Positions 10,140 to 20,633 of a stretch of DNA of 64,000 nt are shown piece by piece. How positions within the stretch are numbered: the first letter of the stretch is position 1; every line of letters begins with the position of its first letter. Made by a program: the position numbers and the translations under genes. Source of the DNA: Desulfobacterales bacterium (GTDB lineage Bacteria > Desulfobacterota > Desulfobacteria > Desulfobacterales > UBA5852); assembly GCA_963674755.2 (NCBI GenBank), contig CAXXVS010000002.1:1504001-1568000 (forward strand), in the 5' to 3' direction. The notes beneath the pieces are model-generated. The model was not told the DNA's origin. It saw only the letters and a program-made list of their open reading frames with translations, and did not search any database.

Positions 10140-11504
10140 TCAGCCGATCATGATACTCTCTTCCGGAAGTCGATAGTAAGGGGTTTCCTGCACGCTCTGC
10201 AGGGCCGCGATCAAGACAAAGGGGCCCAGGCGGCCGATGAACATCAACGCAATGATGACCCATTTACCCGCCATCGACAAGCTCGCCGTCAACCCCGTGC
10301 TCAACCCCACCGTGCAAAACGCCGAAACCGATTCGAACAAAATCTCCAGGAATTGCCCCCGCACCATACTGTGGGGCATGTCGCCGCCTTCCGTAAAATC
10401 GAGCAGGAAGGCCGCCAGAAAAATAATCATCGATGCCAGGAGAAACAGGACCATCGCTTTTTTGACGGCATTCTCGCGGATGGCGAACTTCCCAACGGCC
10501 GTCTGGGGCCGGCCCTGCATCTGGGACCATATGGCGGCCACCAGCACCCGCAGGGTCGTCACTTTGATCCCGCCCGCGCACGAACCCGGGGCCCCGCCCA
10601 CGAACATGAGAAAAAGCAGCACCATGAGGGAAACATTCGTCATGCGGCTCATATCGAGGGAATTGAAACCGGCGGTCCGGGCGGTCACGGATTGGAACAG
10701 GGAGGTCAGAAGGGCGTCATCCGGGGCCATCATGCGATTGTAGCCCACGAACTCGGCAAAATAGATGCCCACCCATCCCAGAACGATCAGCAGGAGACTG
10801 GTGCGGATCACGATTCCGGCATACCAGCTGATCCCCTTGCCTTTGGGAATGCGGCGTCCGGTCATACGCTTGACAGCATAATTTTTGACCTCCACTAAAA
10901 CCGAGAAACCGATGCCGCCCACCACGATGAGGGTCATGAAAACCAGATTGATCCCCCAGTGGCCTTTGAAGCCCACCAGGCTGTCTGCAAACAGCGAGAA
11001 GCCCGCATTGCAGAAAGCGGAAACCGCGTGGAAGAGAGCCACAAAGGGCGTGAACGCGACCGGGTCCATGCTGAATAGCAATACCGCCCCGATCACCTCG
11101 ATCAAAAAGGTCCAGCAAACGATCTCGATGAGGAATCGGCCAAGGTTGAAGGTGGCGTCATGCAGCAGAATCTGGCCGACGGCGATCCGGTCCGTGATGG
11201 TCGTTCGCCGCCGCCAGATATAGATGGAGAGGCTCGTGAAGGTCATGATGCCCAGGCCGCCCACCTGCATCAGGCACAGGATGACGGCCTGGCCCAGGGG
11301 CGAAAAATAGGAGCCCGTATCGACGACCACCAGCCCTGTCACACAGGCGGCGGAGGTGGCCGTAAAAATGGCATCGGTCCAGGTCAGGGCATCCGTCACA
11401 TTTTTTTCCAGGCCATGCAGCAGAGCGGAACCCAGCAAAATGACGAACATAAAAAACAGGATGGGCAACAGGATGGGCGAATTGAGGAACTTGGAAAGCT
11501 TCAT
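10140..11504 (-). CDS. TrkH/KtrB K+ uptake membrane subunit
   Basis: SAACVTGL, SAFCNAGF, RTAGF, SAFCTVGLS, MFIGRLG pore motifs. Confidence 0.95.
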   Translation of the reverse strand: MKLSKFLNSPILLPILFFMFVILLGSALLHGLEKNVTDALTWTDAIFTATSAACVTGLVVVDTGSYFSPLGQAVILCLMQVGGLGIMTFTSLSIYIWRRRTTITDRIAVGQILLHDATFNLGRFLIEIVCWTFLIEVIGAVLLFSMDPVAFTPFVALFHAVSAFCNAGFSLFADSLVGFKGHWGINLVFMTLIVVGGIGFSVLVEVKNYAVKRMTGRRIPKGKGISWYAGIVIRTSLLLIVLGWVGIYFAEFVGYNRMMAPDDALLTSLFQSVTARTAGFNSLDMSRMTNVSLMVLLFLMFVGGAPGSCAGGIKVTTLRVLVAAIWSQMQGRPQTAVGKFAIRENAVKKAMVLFLLASMIIFLAAFLLDFTEGGDMPHSMVRGQFLEILFESVSAFCTVGLSTGLTASLSMAGKWVIIALMFIGRLGPFVLIAALQSVQETPYYRLPEESIMIG

Positions 11505-11638
11505 GCAGTGAGCTACCTTGCGTCATCACTCCGGACCGGAAACGCACCGCATTTGCCGGCCGGGTCGTCAGGCAAACCGGGTGACACGGAATTTCGGATC
11601 ATTGTCAATCCATCGACAACCGCAGAAAACAGGGCCCT

Positions 11639-12022
11639 TCAACTCCTGAGCAAGTAACGCTGCACGAACATCTCGTCACCGGGGGCCAGGCGGAAACCCA
11701 TCAACTCCAGAGGAGAGGCCCAACAAAGGGCTTCGTGCTCCAGGGGCTGGGGCTGGCCGATGATCCGCACCGGCTTGAAAACGATCAGGAATTCACTGCC
11801 CGGGTCGGGCACCTTAAAAAGGGTGGCCCCTACTTCGATGACGTGAACATTGAGCTCCTCGGCCAGCTCGCGGCGCACCGCTTCGGTGTCGGTTTCGTTC
11901 GCGTGGACCTTGCCGCCGGGGAACTCCCACAACCCGCCGTGGCGCTTGTCGCCGGGCCGTTGACAGGTCAAATATTTTCTCTTTTTTTCGATGACGGCGG
12001 CCACCACACGGGTCATTTCCAC
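11639..12022 (-). CDS. NUDIX hydrolase (MutT/NudG-like)
   Basis: WEFPGGKV...ET..EAVRRELAEEL Nudix box. Confidence 0.9.
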   Translation of the reverse strand: MEMTRVVAAVIEKKRKYLTCQRPGDKRHGGLWEFPGGKVHANETDTEAVRRELAEELNVHVIEVGATLFKVPDPGSEFLIVFKPVRIIGQPQPLEHEALCWASPLELMGFRLAPGDEMFVQRYLLRS

Positions 12023-12283
12023 AGCATTCCTTTCAGGCCAATTTGGCCTGAGAATACCATGATCGCCGTAAAAGCGCCACTCTCCAAACCCAGAATTCCC
12101 GCGGCCATCCTCTCCTTATCGCCAATGCCACAGCCGGCATCGGGCACGGTTTGACCGGGCCCCGGGCCAGGCGATTTGTGCACCAGATCGTCGACCGGCC
12201 GGTATTCCGTCAATCGGCCGTGCGGCCTCTGTCCAGCGGCTTTGCAGTTGTCATCATTCACCGTCGGCAACGCCCCTGTGTCA

Positions 12284-13258
12284 TTAACGTTTTTTTACGC
12301 TGATGCGCCAGCAGCGATGAATCGATTTGTGCTTGCGGCGGTAATCATCGGGAATCGTCCGGTCGGTAATCTCTTCCACCCCCACAGGAGGAAGATCCGC
12401 CGTTCGGAAGGTGAAATCCTGGTGGTTGGTGGAGAAGAACAGCGTGCCCCCGGGCCGCAGGACCTCGATCACCGCCGCCAGAAGAACGGGATGGTCCCGG
12501 GCGATGTCGAAATCGCGCTTCCCGGCGCGGTCGGTGGAATAGGAAGGCGGGTCCACCACGGCCAAGTCGAAGGCGATGTTCGCGGCCCGAGCCCGGGTCA
12601 GATAAGCCAGGCTGCCGGACTGGACCAGGGTGTTGCTTTCTTCGGCAAGGCCGTTCAGCGCCAGGTTGGCCCGGGCCCATTCAATGGCCGTACGGGAGCG
12701 ATCCACCGAGACGGTGCGCCGGGCGCCGCCCCGGGCGGCATAGCATGAAAAGGATCCCGTGTAGCAGTAGAGGTTCAGCACATCCCGGCCCCCGGCCAGC
12801 TCACGCACCATCTGACGGGTATTGCGGTGATCGGCAAAAAGCCCGGTATCCACGTAGTCATTGAGATTCACGTAGAATTTGAGATCTCGTTCCCGTATCG
12901 CGATCCTGTGGTCGGTACGCTCCAGCCGGCGGTAGCGCCTGCCCTCCTGTTTACCGGCCCAGCGGTTTTTGAGGTGGAGCCTGTCCTGGGAAACGTCAAG
13001 CGCCCGGGCCGCAGCCGCCCCCATGATGGGCAGCCATTGCGGTACGGACTGCCGGCGCATGTATTCGGCCACCACCAGGTGGCCGGCATACCAGTCCACC
13101 GCCGCCCGGATCTCGGGAATGTCATGGTCGTAAAGGCGAAAAACATCGATCTGCTGCCGGGCGAAGCGCTTGTGCAGATGCTTGAAATTCTTCTTCACCC
13201 GGTTGGCCAGCATCTCCCCCTGCTGCTCAAACCGGCGTTGCAGCTCCTCTTCCAGCAT
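12284..13258 (-). CDS. RlmK/RlmI-like SAM-dependent rRNA methyltransferase
   Basis: RLYDHDIPE, YVDTGLFADHR, VLNLYCYTGSFS, VDPPSY; resembles the C-terminal half of RlmKL. Confidence 0.88.
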   Translation of the reverse strand: MLEEELQRRFEQQGEMLANRVKKNFKHLHKRFARQQIDVFRLYDHDIPEIRAAVDWYAGHLVVAEYMRRQSVPQWLPIMGAAAARALDVSQDRLHLKNRWAGKQEGRRYRRLERTDHRIAIRERDLKFYVNLNDYVDTGLFADHRNTRQMVRELAGGRDVLNLYCYTGSFSCYAARGGARRTVSVDRSRTAIEWARANLALNGLAEESNTLVQSGSLAYLTRARAANIAFDLAVVDPPSYSTDRAGKRDFDIARDHPVLLAAVIEVLRPGGTLFFSTNHQDFTFRTADLPPVGVEEITDRTIPDDYRRKHKSIHRCWRISVKKR

Positions 13259-13322
13259 TCTAACTCCCCATGTAATTTCATGATCCGCTTAGAAGGCACG
13301 GGATTTTGCTTTTGACGACAGA

Positions 13323-13409
13323 AGGCTGTTCAGAAATTGGATTTTGGTTCGCCATCAAGGCGCGGCCGCAACGCCGAGGGCGGGCCAAAAGACTTTCCTG
13401 AGGCAGCCT
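13323..13409. repeat. Short palindromic intergenic repeat
   Basis: AGGCTG...CAGCCT ends and inner TTTTGGTTCGCC...GGCGGGCCAAAA; the AATT(T)GGATTTTGGTTC..GGCGCGGC start recurs at ~16211. Confidence 0.55.
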
Positions 13410-13436
13410 CTCTGAAACCCCTCTCAAAATTAGGGT

Positions 13437-14405
13437 TTACCAGGAGCCGGAGGCCCCCCCGCCCCCCGAGCTCCCCCCGCCGCCGGAAAACCCGCCGCCG
13501 CTTGAAAAGCTCCCGCCGGACGAGTGCCACCCGCCCCCGCCGGAAGACAGGGTAAATCCGCCGATGCTGGCCCGGCCCTTGCGCTTCAAATCGCTTTTGG
13601 CCTTGCCGTACCACGGCCTGCGCGAGAGAATGATTTTAGCGATGGGGAAGCAAACCAAATAGGTGACCAGCAGGATAAGGGCGCCCCTGGTGCCCACCAC
13701 CACGATGGGAAACATGGCCCAGAAAGGGATCAGGAAAAAGTAGAGAAACCAGCCCATGCCCGGTGTCACCACCCCCAGCACCGTAAACAGCCCGATGATC
13801 CCGAAGATGAAACAGCCGATGAGAATGCGCTCCACGATCCCGAGATCCGGACCCTGGAAAAAGCTATTGCTGGTTTTGGATGCCGACGTGGTGCGCCCCT
13901 CCGGGATGGCGGCACTGCCGTCCTGTAGCTGGGCCAGGATAGCCGCCACCCCTTGTTCAATGCCGCCGTCGTAGTCATCGGCTTTGAAACGGGGGGCCAT
14001 GACGTTGCGGATGATCCGGCCGGCCTCGAGGTCGGTCAGCCGGCCCTCCAACCCATAACCCACCTCGATGCGCATGCGCCGCTCCCGGGGGGCCACCACC
14101 AAAAGAACCCCGTTGTCCTTGTCCTTTTGCCCCAATTGCCAGGACGCGAACACCCGCAGGGCGAAATCTTCGATGCTCTCGCCGTCCAGGGTGGCCACGG
14201 TGAGTACGGCCACCTGGTCGGTGGTGCGGGATTCGTGATCGGCCAGCAGGGCGCCGATCCGGTCGATGGCGGCCGGGTTGAGAATTTCGGCATCGTCGGT
14301 GACCCGCCCCTGCAGATAGGGAATTTCCGCCGTATGGCCAATAGCCGCAAAACCGCCCCCTAAGAAGAGGGCCAGGATGAAGACAAGCGATCGGGGATTA
14401 CGCAT
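13437..14405 (-). CDS. TPM-domain (YgcG-like) membrane protein
   Basis: DNGVLL..RIEVGYGLEG, Gly-rich tail ending GGGGASGSW. Confidence 0.93.
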   Translation of the reverse strand: MRNPRSLVFILALFLGGGFAAIGHTAEIPYLQGRVTDDAEILNPAAIDRIGALLADHESRTTDQVAVLTVATLDGESIEDFALRVFASWQLGQKDKDNGVLLVVAPRERRMRIEVGYGLEGRLTDLEAGRIIRNVMAPRFKADDYDGGIEQGVAAILAQLQDGSAAIPEGRTTSASKTSNSFFQGPDLGIVERILIGCFIFGIIGLFTVLGVVTPGMGWFLYFFLIPFWAMFPIVVVGTRGALILLVTYLVCFPIAKIILSRRPWYGKAKSDLKRKGRASIGGFTLSSGGGGWHSSGGSFSSGGGFSGGGGSSGGGGASGSW

Positions 14406-15048
14406 CGGCGCCTCCCTTCTGCTGCAGGAGCGCTTCCGGGATCAGGTCCGGGCCATCCCCCCGCGGGGTAAACCCGGCTTTTTGTAGATGCATTTCCAGC
14501 TTGGCCAATCCTTCGAATAGCGCCTCCCGGCGATTGCCCTGCTTCAAAAGCGGTAGCATGGCGTCGATCACATTGGTGAGGGCGTCGGGCGGCAAACGGG
14601 ATTCGACCCCCCGGTCGGGCAGGACGACCACCTGTCGTTCGAAAAGACCAACCACCAGAAGGATCCCGCAGCGATCCGGTACCCGGAAAACCTCATGGGT
14701 CAGGAAAAGCGACTGCGCATACTGGCGCATCTCGCCCGCGGCACGGATCTTGTCAAGAAAACAGCGGGCCCAGCCGGGCCAAACGACCGTCAGCAGGGCC
14801 ATCAGCGACCCGGTGCCGAGGATTGTCAGCAAGGGGGGCAGGGCCGATCTCCAGTCTGGCCGCATGACGACCTGAATCAGCATCATCAGCGCGCCGGCCG
14901 CAGCCCCCAACGCAAAGGCCTTCCAGGGAATCTCCGGATAGTGATCGCACTTGTCGACCACCGCCGCCACAAGCTCGACGCCGGTGCTCTTCTCCAGGGC
15001 GTGAATACGGGAATTGAGCGCCTGACTTTGGTCTTGCGAAAAATACAT
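14398..15048 (-). CDS. TPM-domain membrane protein
   Basis: I.ALEKSTGVELV, GILLVVGLFERQVVVLPDRGV; overlaps its partner gene. Confidence 0.85.
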   Translation of the reverse strand: MYFSQDQSQALNSRIHALEKSTGVELVAAVVDKCDHYPEIPWKAFALGAAAGALMMLIQVVMRPDWRSALPPLLTILGTGSLMALLTVVWPGWARCFLDKIRAAGEMRQYAQSLFLTHEVFRVPDRCGILLVVGLFERQVVVLPDRGVESRLPPDALTNVIDAMLPLLKQGNRREALFEGLAKLEMHLQKAGFTPRGDGPDLIPEALLQQKGGADA

Positions 15049-15187
15049 GGCTGCTTCCAGGTTGAAGAATGCGGATAACGAACCTATCCATGTGGCCTAG
15101 CGACAATGCTTTCTATGCCACACCGGTCCCCTGGTCAAGAACAGGCCCGGGGGAGCCGTATGGTGGCGGCAGGGCGTTTAAGAGGCC

Positions 15188-16147
15188 CTAATGGCTTCCC
15201 TCACCGTTTGAAACCGCAAATGACGGCGTCGTTACCTCCGGCGGCATTTGCGGCCCCCCATCGCCGCAAAACCGGGCCCGCACGGTATAACGTCCCGGCG
15301 GCAGGCCGGACGGCAGTTCCCAGCGGATGAAGGCCATCTGGTCGATATCGTTGAACCGGGGGCAACGGCCGTCCCCGGCGGCGGCCAAGGCCGGCTCGAA
15401 GGCCATCGCCTGGCCGGGCGGACCGGCGGCGTTGCGCCTCTCGAGGAAGAACACCGGCACCACGCCGATGGGAAAGGCCGTCATGCGGATAAACCGCAGG
15501 GTGACGGTCTCTCCGGGTTGGTAGCGGTCAAAATCGGTGACAATGCCGACCAGCTTGTTGTCATCCGAGATCCCGGTGCCCACGCCTGAGGTCTTTTCAT
15601 CCCAGGACCGGGCCGGCCCCACGTCCACGTGCACGGAGCGGCCGTGATAATAGCCTGTGCCGCCAAAGCCGAGGTCCTTTACGAAATCCCACACCTTCGC
15701 GGAGGCCACCCCCGCCAGCATGAAATCGGCCGCCATGCCGTACTGGTGCAGGCTGGCCTTGGCAGCCAGGCCGCCCCGCGCCCTTACCTTGGTGTTGTAT
15801 TCCGGGCTGCGGTAGCCGGAGGTGATGGTCATCAGCGCGCCGGGATTCAAGCGGTCTTCCAGGAAATCCAGGAAGGCGATCAGCCGCAGGGAAATTTGGG
15901 GACGGTCCGGGTCGAAGGGGGCGCCGAAAACCCTATGGATGGCCTTGAGGGCAGCTTCGTCATACTCGCCTTCCGCCGACCGGTAGGTGCCCTCGAAGGA
16001 CGTCCCGTTTTTTTCACTCACCAGCCGTAGCCGCCCGTCGCCGTCATGAAAAAAGCGTGCGGCATCTGTCATGGCCGCCGATCCTGGGATGGCACTCCAA
16101 AAAAAACTGACCGCAAAAAGCGCCGCCGCGATGGATAGGTTTTTCAT
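15188..16147 (-). CDS. YcbK/DUF882 (peptidase M15A-like) exported protein
   Basis: Signal peptide, ITSGYRSPEYN, SLHQYGMAAD, VHVDVG. Confidence 0.88.
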   Translation of the reverse strand: MKNLSIAAALFAVSFFWSAIPGSAAMTDAARFFHDGDGRLRLVSEKNGTSFEGTYRSAEGEYDEAALKAIHRVFGAPFDPDRPQISLRLIAFLDFLEDRLNPGALMTITSGYRSPEYNTKVRARGGLAAKASLHQYGMAADFMLAGVASAKVWDFVKDLGFGGTGYYHGRSVHVDVGPARSWDEKTSGVGTGISDDNKLVGIVTDFDRYQPGETVTLRFIRMTAFPIGVVPVFFLERRNAAGPPGQAMAFEPALAAAGDGRCPRFNDIDQMAFIRWELPSGLPPGRYTVRARFCGDGGPQMPPEVTTPSFAVSNGEGSH

Positions 16148-16380
16148 CGATCATCCTATTGCCAATAGCGTGGTTTCAGCCTCAAATCTTCTAACGAGAC
16201 GCCATGTCATAATTTGGATTTTGGTTCCCTAGCAGGGCGCGGCTCTGCCGCATCCCGCATAGCGGGACGTCCCATCTGATTGATTTTTTCAACGGTGGGT
16301 GCCCGCAGGTAATGATGTGCGATGATCAGGCTAGGTATGGAGCCGTGTCCGATTCAGAAAAGACCTTTTCGGGGCGGACA

Positions 16381-16716
16381 CTACTTGAAGCGCTTGACCG
16401 CTTTCTTCAGCCCCTCGCCAAACGCCTTCCAGGCCGTTTCCGTCCCCTGCCGGACATCTTCCCAGGCATCCTCGGCCCCGTCCTTGAATTCGTCCCAGGC
16501 GTTTTCACCAGCCACTTCCAGATCGATGATGCGCTCTTTCAGGCGCTGGCGCATCCGTCCCAGCTCTTCCCACTCCTTTTCCACCTTTTGGCGGGCCTCG
16601 GCCGAAAGGTGCTGGGTCTTGGTCTCCAGTTTGCCGCGTTCGACATTCCAGCGCTCGTTCAGGTCGTCGAACTGCCGTTTCATGTTTTTCAGGAACTCAT
16701 CTTTGGTCAGCGCCAT
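16381..16716 (-). CDS. Small coiled-coil protein
   Basis: GGAGG RBS; charged helical sequence with AWDEFKDGAEDAWE motif. Confidence 0.75.
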   Translation of the reverse strand: MALTKDEFLKNMKRQFDDLNERWNVERGKLETKTQHLSAEARQKVEKEWEELGRMRQRLKERIIDLEVAGENAWDEFKDGAEDAWEDVRQGTETAWKAFGEGLKKAVKRFK

Positions 16717-16824
16717 ATGCTTGTCCTCCCTGGGGTTCACGATTGAAAAAAGTATAAGACACGGCCGCCCGTTGATCAAATCCAGGTTGATCAAATCCGG
16801 GAGGTCACGCGCCGGCTCGCCCGT

Positions 16825-17316
16825 TCATGGCACCCGGGTCAAATAGGCATCCCGCGTCAGCCAGAGTTCTTCCATGCGGTACATATGCCAATGATCGTGC
16901 ATCAGAATGTGGCGGGTCAGGATATACGCGGTGTAAAGCCTGTATTCCGGGTGCTCGGCGGTCTGGGGCCAGGCGGCGGGCGCCAGCCCGGCCAGCAGAT
17001 CCACCTGCTGCGCACGATAGCGGCCAAACCGGGCCAGGGCGTCTTCCATGGGCATGACCTCCGGCGTGTCGGGTTCTTCTTCGCCCTCACCGGGGATGTA
17101 GGGCACGAAGACGGGATGGTCTTCGTCCCGGAAGCGCTGCAGCCGCTCCAGCAACATGGGCTGCACCTGGGCCAGGTGGCTGACGTGTTCGGCAATGGTC
17201 CAGACCCCCTCGCCCCGCCTCTGATCCCGCCGGCCGGCGGGGATGCTTTGGACAAAAGCGGTCAGGATATTGGGCGCGCGCCGGAGGCCATCCAGCAGGT
17301 CTGCGATGTCGTTCAT
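16825..17316 (-). CDS. DinB-family protein
   Basis: WTIAEHVSHL ... HILMHDHWH metal triad. Confidence 0.85.
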   Translation of the reverse strand: MNDIADLLDGLRRAPNILTAFVQSIPAGRRDQRRGEGVWTIAEHVSHLAQVQPMLLERLQRFRDEDHPVFVPYIPGEGEEEPDTPEVMPMEDALARFGRYRAQQVDLLAGLAPAAWPQTAEHPEYRLYTAYILTRHILMHDHWHMYRMEELWLTRDAYLTRVP

Positions 17317-17533
17317 GGGGCATCTCCTTTTTCAGTGCCGGAAAGGCGGTCTTCTCCACAAAACCCGACCGCCGGCCGCCTACGCCGAATGACGCGGGCA
17401 AGGCCGATGTGAAAAGCGCAGCAGCCATCAGGGTTGTAACGCCGTTTCGCGAGGTCGGCAACGCCGCATTTCGGCTTTAGACACCGTTTATCCACGGTCT
17501 GTTGAGGCGCTGGCCGCAAGCCGCGTATGACGA

Positions 17534-18016
17534 TCAGGTTTCCGAGATGGGCACGGTTTCCGCGCCGGTTACCCGGAGGAGTTCCCGCGGGGTGAGGCGC
17601 ATCATGGCATCGATGGCGCCCCCGCCGCCGTATATCGTGTCCAGCGCCAGGACGGCCGGATCCACCAGGGTGCGCAGGGTCTGCCGATGGCCGAAAGGCG
17701 GCATACTGCCCACTACAAACCCTGTGATGGCCAGGGCCTGGTCCGCCGAAGCGAATTTGACTTTTTTGCGGCCCACCCCAAGATGGGATGCCAATTTCTT
17801 GCGGTCCACCCGGGAGAGCCCGTTGTTGATCACCAACAGGGGAATTTCGGCGTTCATGAACACCAGGGATTTGATGATCTGCCCGGCGGACACGTTCAAC
17901 TCCCGGGCGGCATCGCTGACCGTGGGCGTGTGGCCGTTCATGGGCAGAATGGTGGCCTCGATACGGTGGGCCTCGATGAACTGCTGCAAATCGGCGCTGG
18001 TGAAAGGCGCTGCCAT
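17534..18016 (-). CDS. YbaK/EbsC aminoacyl-tRNA deacylase family
   Basis: QIIKSLVF, TGFVVGSMPPFGH, YGGGG. Confidence 0.9.
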   Translation of the reverse strand: MAAPFTSADLQQFIEAHRIEATILPMNGHTPTVSDAARELNVSAGQIIKSLVFMNAEIPLLVINNGLSRVDRKKLASHLGVGRKKVKFASADQALAITGFVVGSMPPFGHRQTLRTLVDPAVLALDTIYGGGGAIDAMMRLTPRELLRVTGAETVPISET

Positions 18017-18178
18017 GGATCGCTCCTTTTTCGATGCGCAAGCCTATATCAAATCCATCGGTCTGTGGGTATGCTTTTCAGCGGGAAACGCCGGCTGAAG
18101 GCCCGTAAATGCGCGGTCTTCATGGGGGTATGGAAGCAGCCCTCCGGCTTCAGGGGGAGGGGCGCATTCAGGACCGCC

Positions 18179-19420
18179 TCATCCCAAGGCGCTGAGGCTG
18201 TCCACAAGCCGCGACACCTCGTCTTCGGTGTTGTAGTGCACCAGGCTGATGCGCACCACACCGGAGTTCTCCGGATCTTCGATTCCCAGTGCCTCCAGGC
18301 AGCGCAGGGCATAGAAGTGGCCGTGGCGCGCCGCAATGCGGTCCTGCGCCAGCCGGCGGGTGACCGCTTCGGAGGGCATCCCCTGCCTGACAAAGGAAAT
18401 GGTGGCCGCCCGCCGTCCGGTCTCCGCCACCGGGCGCCCGATAATCCGGATTTCCGGCATGCTGCGCAGGGCATCCAGCAAACGGTTGGCCAGGCGCGTC
18501 TCGTGCAGGGCAAAGAGCTCGAAGACCTGGCGGGCCTGGCCGTGGGCATCCGCCGCGACGTCCCCGAAATGATGATCGTACAACGTCCCCAGGTATTCCC
18601 GGATGCCTGCCAGGGCCGCGATTTCGGCATGCAGGGGCCCGGACGGGTTCATGCGGTAATGGGGTTTGTCATCGTTGAAGTAATGGCCCTGGGGGCGCAA
18701 CCGGGCCATGACCTCCGGCCGGATCCACATCACGCCGATATGGGTGCCGAACGTTTTATACGTGCTGAAAAGATAGACATCGAGCGCGCTTCGGCGGACA
18801 TCCAGCAGCCGGTGGGGCGCGAAGGAGACGCCGTCGCCCACCGTCAGCGCCCCCACCCGTCGCGCCAGGTCGCAGACCGCCGCCACATCGTTCATGGTGC
18901 CCACGATATTGGAGCAAAGGGTGAAGCACACCAGCCGGGTGCGGTCATTGACCAGAGCCTCCAGGTCGGCGATGGCCAGCTCGCCGCTGAGCGGGTCGAT
19001 GGACCACTCCCGGATGACGACCCCGAATTCTTCCAGACGGCGCCAGCAGCCGATATTGGCTTCGTGGTCCTGGTTGGTAACCACGATTTCATCACCGGGT
19101 TTCAGCAGGGGGCGCAAGGCCTGGGCCAGGACATAGCCGTTGAGGGTGGTGGAAGGCCCCAGGGTCAGGTCATCCACTTCGGCGTGCAAGAGGTCGGCCA
19201 CGGCCCGGTAGCCGGCCTCCATGGCCTCCCCCGCCGCCGCCGAGGACGGGAAGGGACCGTAGGGCTGGACCTTGGTATATTGGAAGAAGTGGGTCAGGCG
19301 GTCGATCACCTGCCGGGGCACGTATGATCCGCCGGCATTTTCGAAAAAAGCCCAGCGGGCCGTTTCGGGAGCCTGAAACACCGGAAACTGTCGGCGCACA
19401 AAATCAATTGCAAGAGGCAT
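18179..19420 (-). CDS. Class V aminotransferase / cysteine desulfurase-like protein
   Basis: FENAGGS, DHEANI, DGVSFAPH, FSTYKTFG, VRISLVHYNT. Confidence 0.9.
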   Translation of the reverse strand: MPLAIDFVRRQFPVFQAPETARWAFFENAGGSYVPRQVIDRLTHFFQYTKVQPYGPFPSSAAAGEAMEAGYRAVADLLHAEVDDLTLGPSTTLNGYVLAQALRPLLKPGDEIVVTNQDHEANIGCWRRLEEFGVVIREWSIDPLSGELAIADLEALVNDRTRLVCFTLCSNIVGTMNDVAAVCDLARRVGALTVGDGVSFAPHRLLDVRRSALDVYLFSTYKTFGTHIGVMWIRPEVMARLRPQGHYFNDDKPHYRMNPSGPLHAEIAALAGIREYLGTLYDHHFGDVAADAHGQARQVFELFALHETRLANRLLDALRSMPEIRIIGRPVAETGRRAATISFVRQGMPSEAVTRRLAQDRIAARHGHFYALRCLEALGIEDPENSGVVRISLVHYNTEDEVSRLVDSLSALG

Positions 19421-19616
19421 GTGTTGCTCCTGAACTCTAAAACACGGGTGGACGTGAAAGACCCTGCAGAAGCGCGCTCGAAGAAAGGCTTTCTCAATAG
19501 ACATCCTTGCGCTTTTTGATGATCAGGGCCAGAACGTCTCCCGCCGGGGAACCGCGACGTGGTAAAGCTCAATGAGATCGATCTTCATGGAATCGTCTTC
19601 GCCTGTGGCGGATTCT

Positions 19617-20633
19617 TTATAGCGTGCGACGCACCAGGTCTGCCCCGGCGGCAATGCTCCTGATCTTGCCCAGGGCCGTTTCATAGGGAATGGGCGTCAT
19701 GCCGCAGTTGGAGCACGGCAGCAGCCGTTCCGGATCCACGTAGGCCATGGCGGTACGGATCACCGTGGCCACCTCTTCCGGGGTTTCCACCCGCTGCGGG
19801 GTCACCGCCACGACCCCCACCATCACCGCCTTGTCCCTGAGAAGGCCCATCAGGGAGGGCGGGACTTTGGATTCGGCGCACTCCAGAGACACCTGGTGGA
19901 TGCGACTGGCATTGAGGGCCGGAAAGATCTCCTCGTACTGCCGCCACTCGCGGCCCAGGGTATCCTTCCAGCGCAGGTTCTCGTCGATGCCGTAGCCGTA
20001 GCAGATATGCACGGCCGTGGTGCAGTCCAGCCCTTCCACGGCCCGCTCCAGGGCCGCGATGCCCCATTCCTTGACATCGGCCATGAAAACATTGAAGGCG
20101 GGCTCGTCGAACTGGATGACATCCACCCCGACCGCGGCCAGCTCCCGGGCCTCGGCATTCAGGATCTCGGCAAAGGCCATGGCCATGTCGGCCCGTCGTC
20201 CGTAGTGGGCGTCGGCAATGGTATCGCAGATGGTCATGGGGCCCGGCAGCGTAAACTTGAGTTGGCGGCGGGTCTTCCCCCGGAGGAAGCGCGCTTCCTC
20301 CCGATGCACCGCCGCCGGCCGGGACAACGGACCGGTCACGGTGGGCACCTCCACCGTGTAGCGGTTGTCGCGGATGCCCATCGCGGTTTTCCTGGTCCAG
20401 TCGATGCCCTGAACGTGCTCCAGGAAGCCATGCACGAAATGGGTCCGGAACATCTCCCCGTCCGTTACGATATCGAGACCGGCCGTCTCCTGGTGGACGA
20501 TCCATTCGGCCGCGGCGCGTTCCTTGCCCCGGATCAGCGCTTCGCCGGCAAGGCGCCAGGCCGGCCATAATTTCTGCGTCTCGGCCAGCCAGTCCGGTTT
20601 GGGAAGGCTGCCGACGGTGGTGGTCATCAACAT
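19617..20633 (-). CDS. Cobalamin-independent methionine synthase family (single barrel)
   Basis: GSLPKP, TDGE, KFTLPGP, QFDEPA, HICYGY and NCG Zn ligands; AAGGAGG RBS. Confidence 0.9.
   Translation of the reverse strand: MLMTTTVGSLPKPDWLAETQKLWPAWRLAGEALIRGKERAAAEWIVHQETAGLDIVTDGEMFRTHFVHGFLEHVQGIDWTRKTAMGIRDNRYTVEVPTVTGPLSRPAAVHREEARFLRGKTRRQLKFTLPGPMTICDTIADAHYGRRADMAMAFAEILNAEARELAAVGVDVIQFDEPAFNVFMADVKEWGIAALERAVEGLDCTTAVHICYGYGIDENLRWKDTLGREWRQYEEIFPALNASRIHQVSLECAESKVPPSLMGLLRDKAVMVGVVAVTPQRVETPEEVATVIRTAMAYVDPERLLPCSNCGMTPIPYETALGKIRSIAAGADLVRRTL

Noticed and set aside
11565..11600. c-di-GMP-I riboswitch (GGCAAACC)
   Set aside because: No GACGCAAAGC/P2 element, and it is on the wrong strand for trkH.
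13440..13545. G/C-rich low-complexity run as a repeat element
   Set aside because: It encodes the normal Gly-rich tail of the TPM protein.
17687..19327. 546-aa plus-strand ORF (and similar ones at 9564-10898, 28632-30242, 38059-39627, 54100-55566)
   Set aside because: Antisense shadows of well-supported genes, expected with high-GC codon bias; no recognisable motifs.
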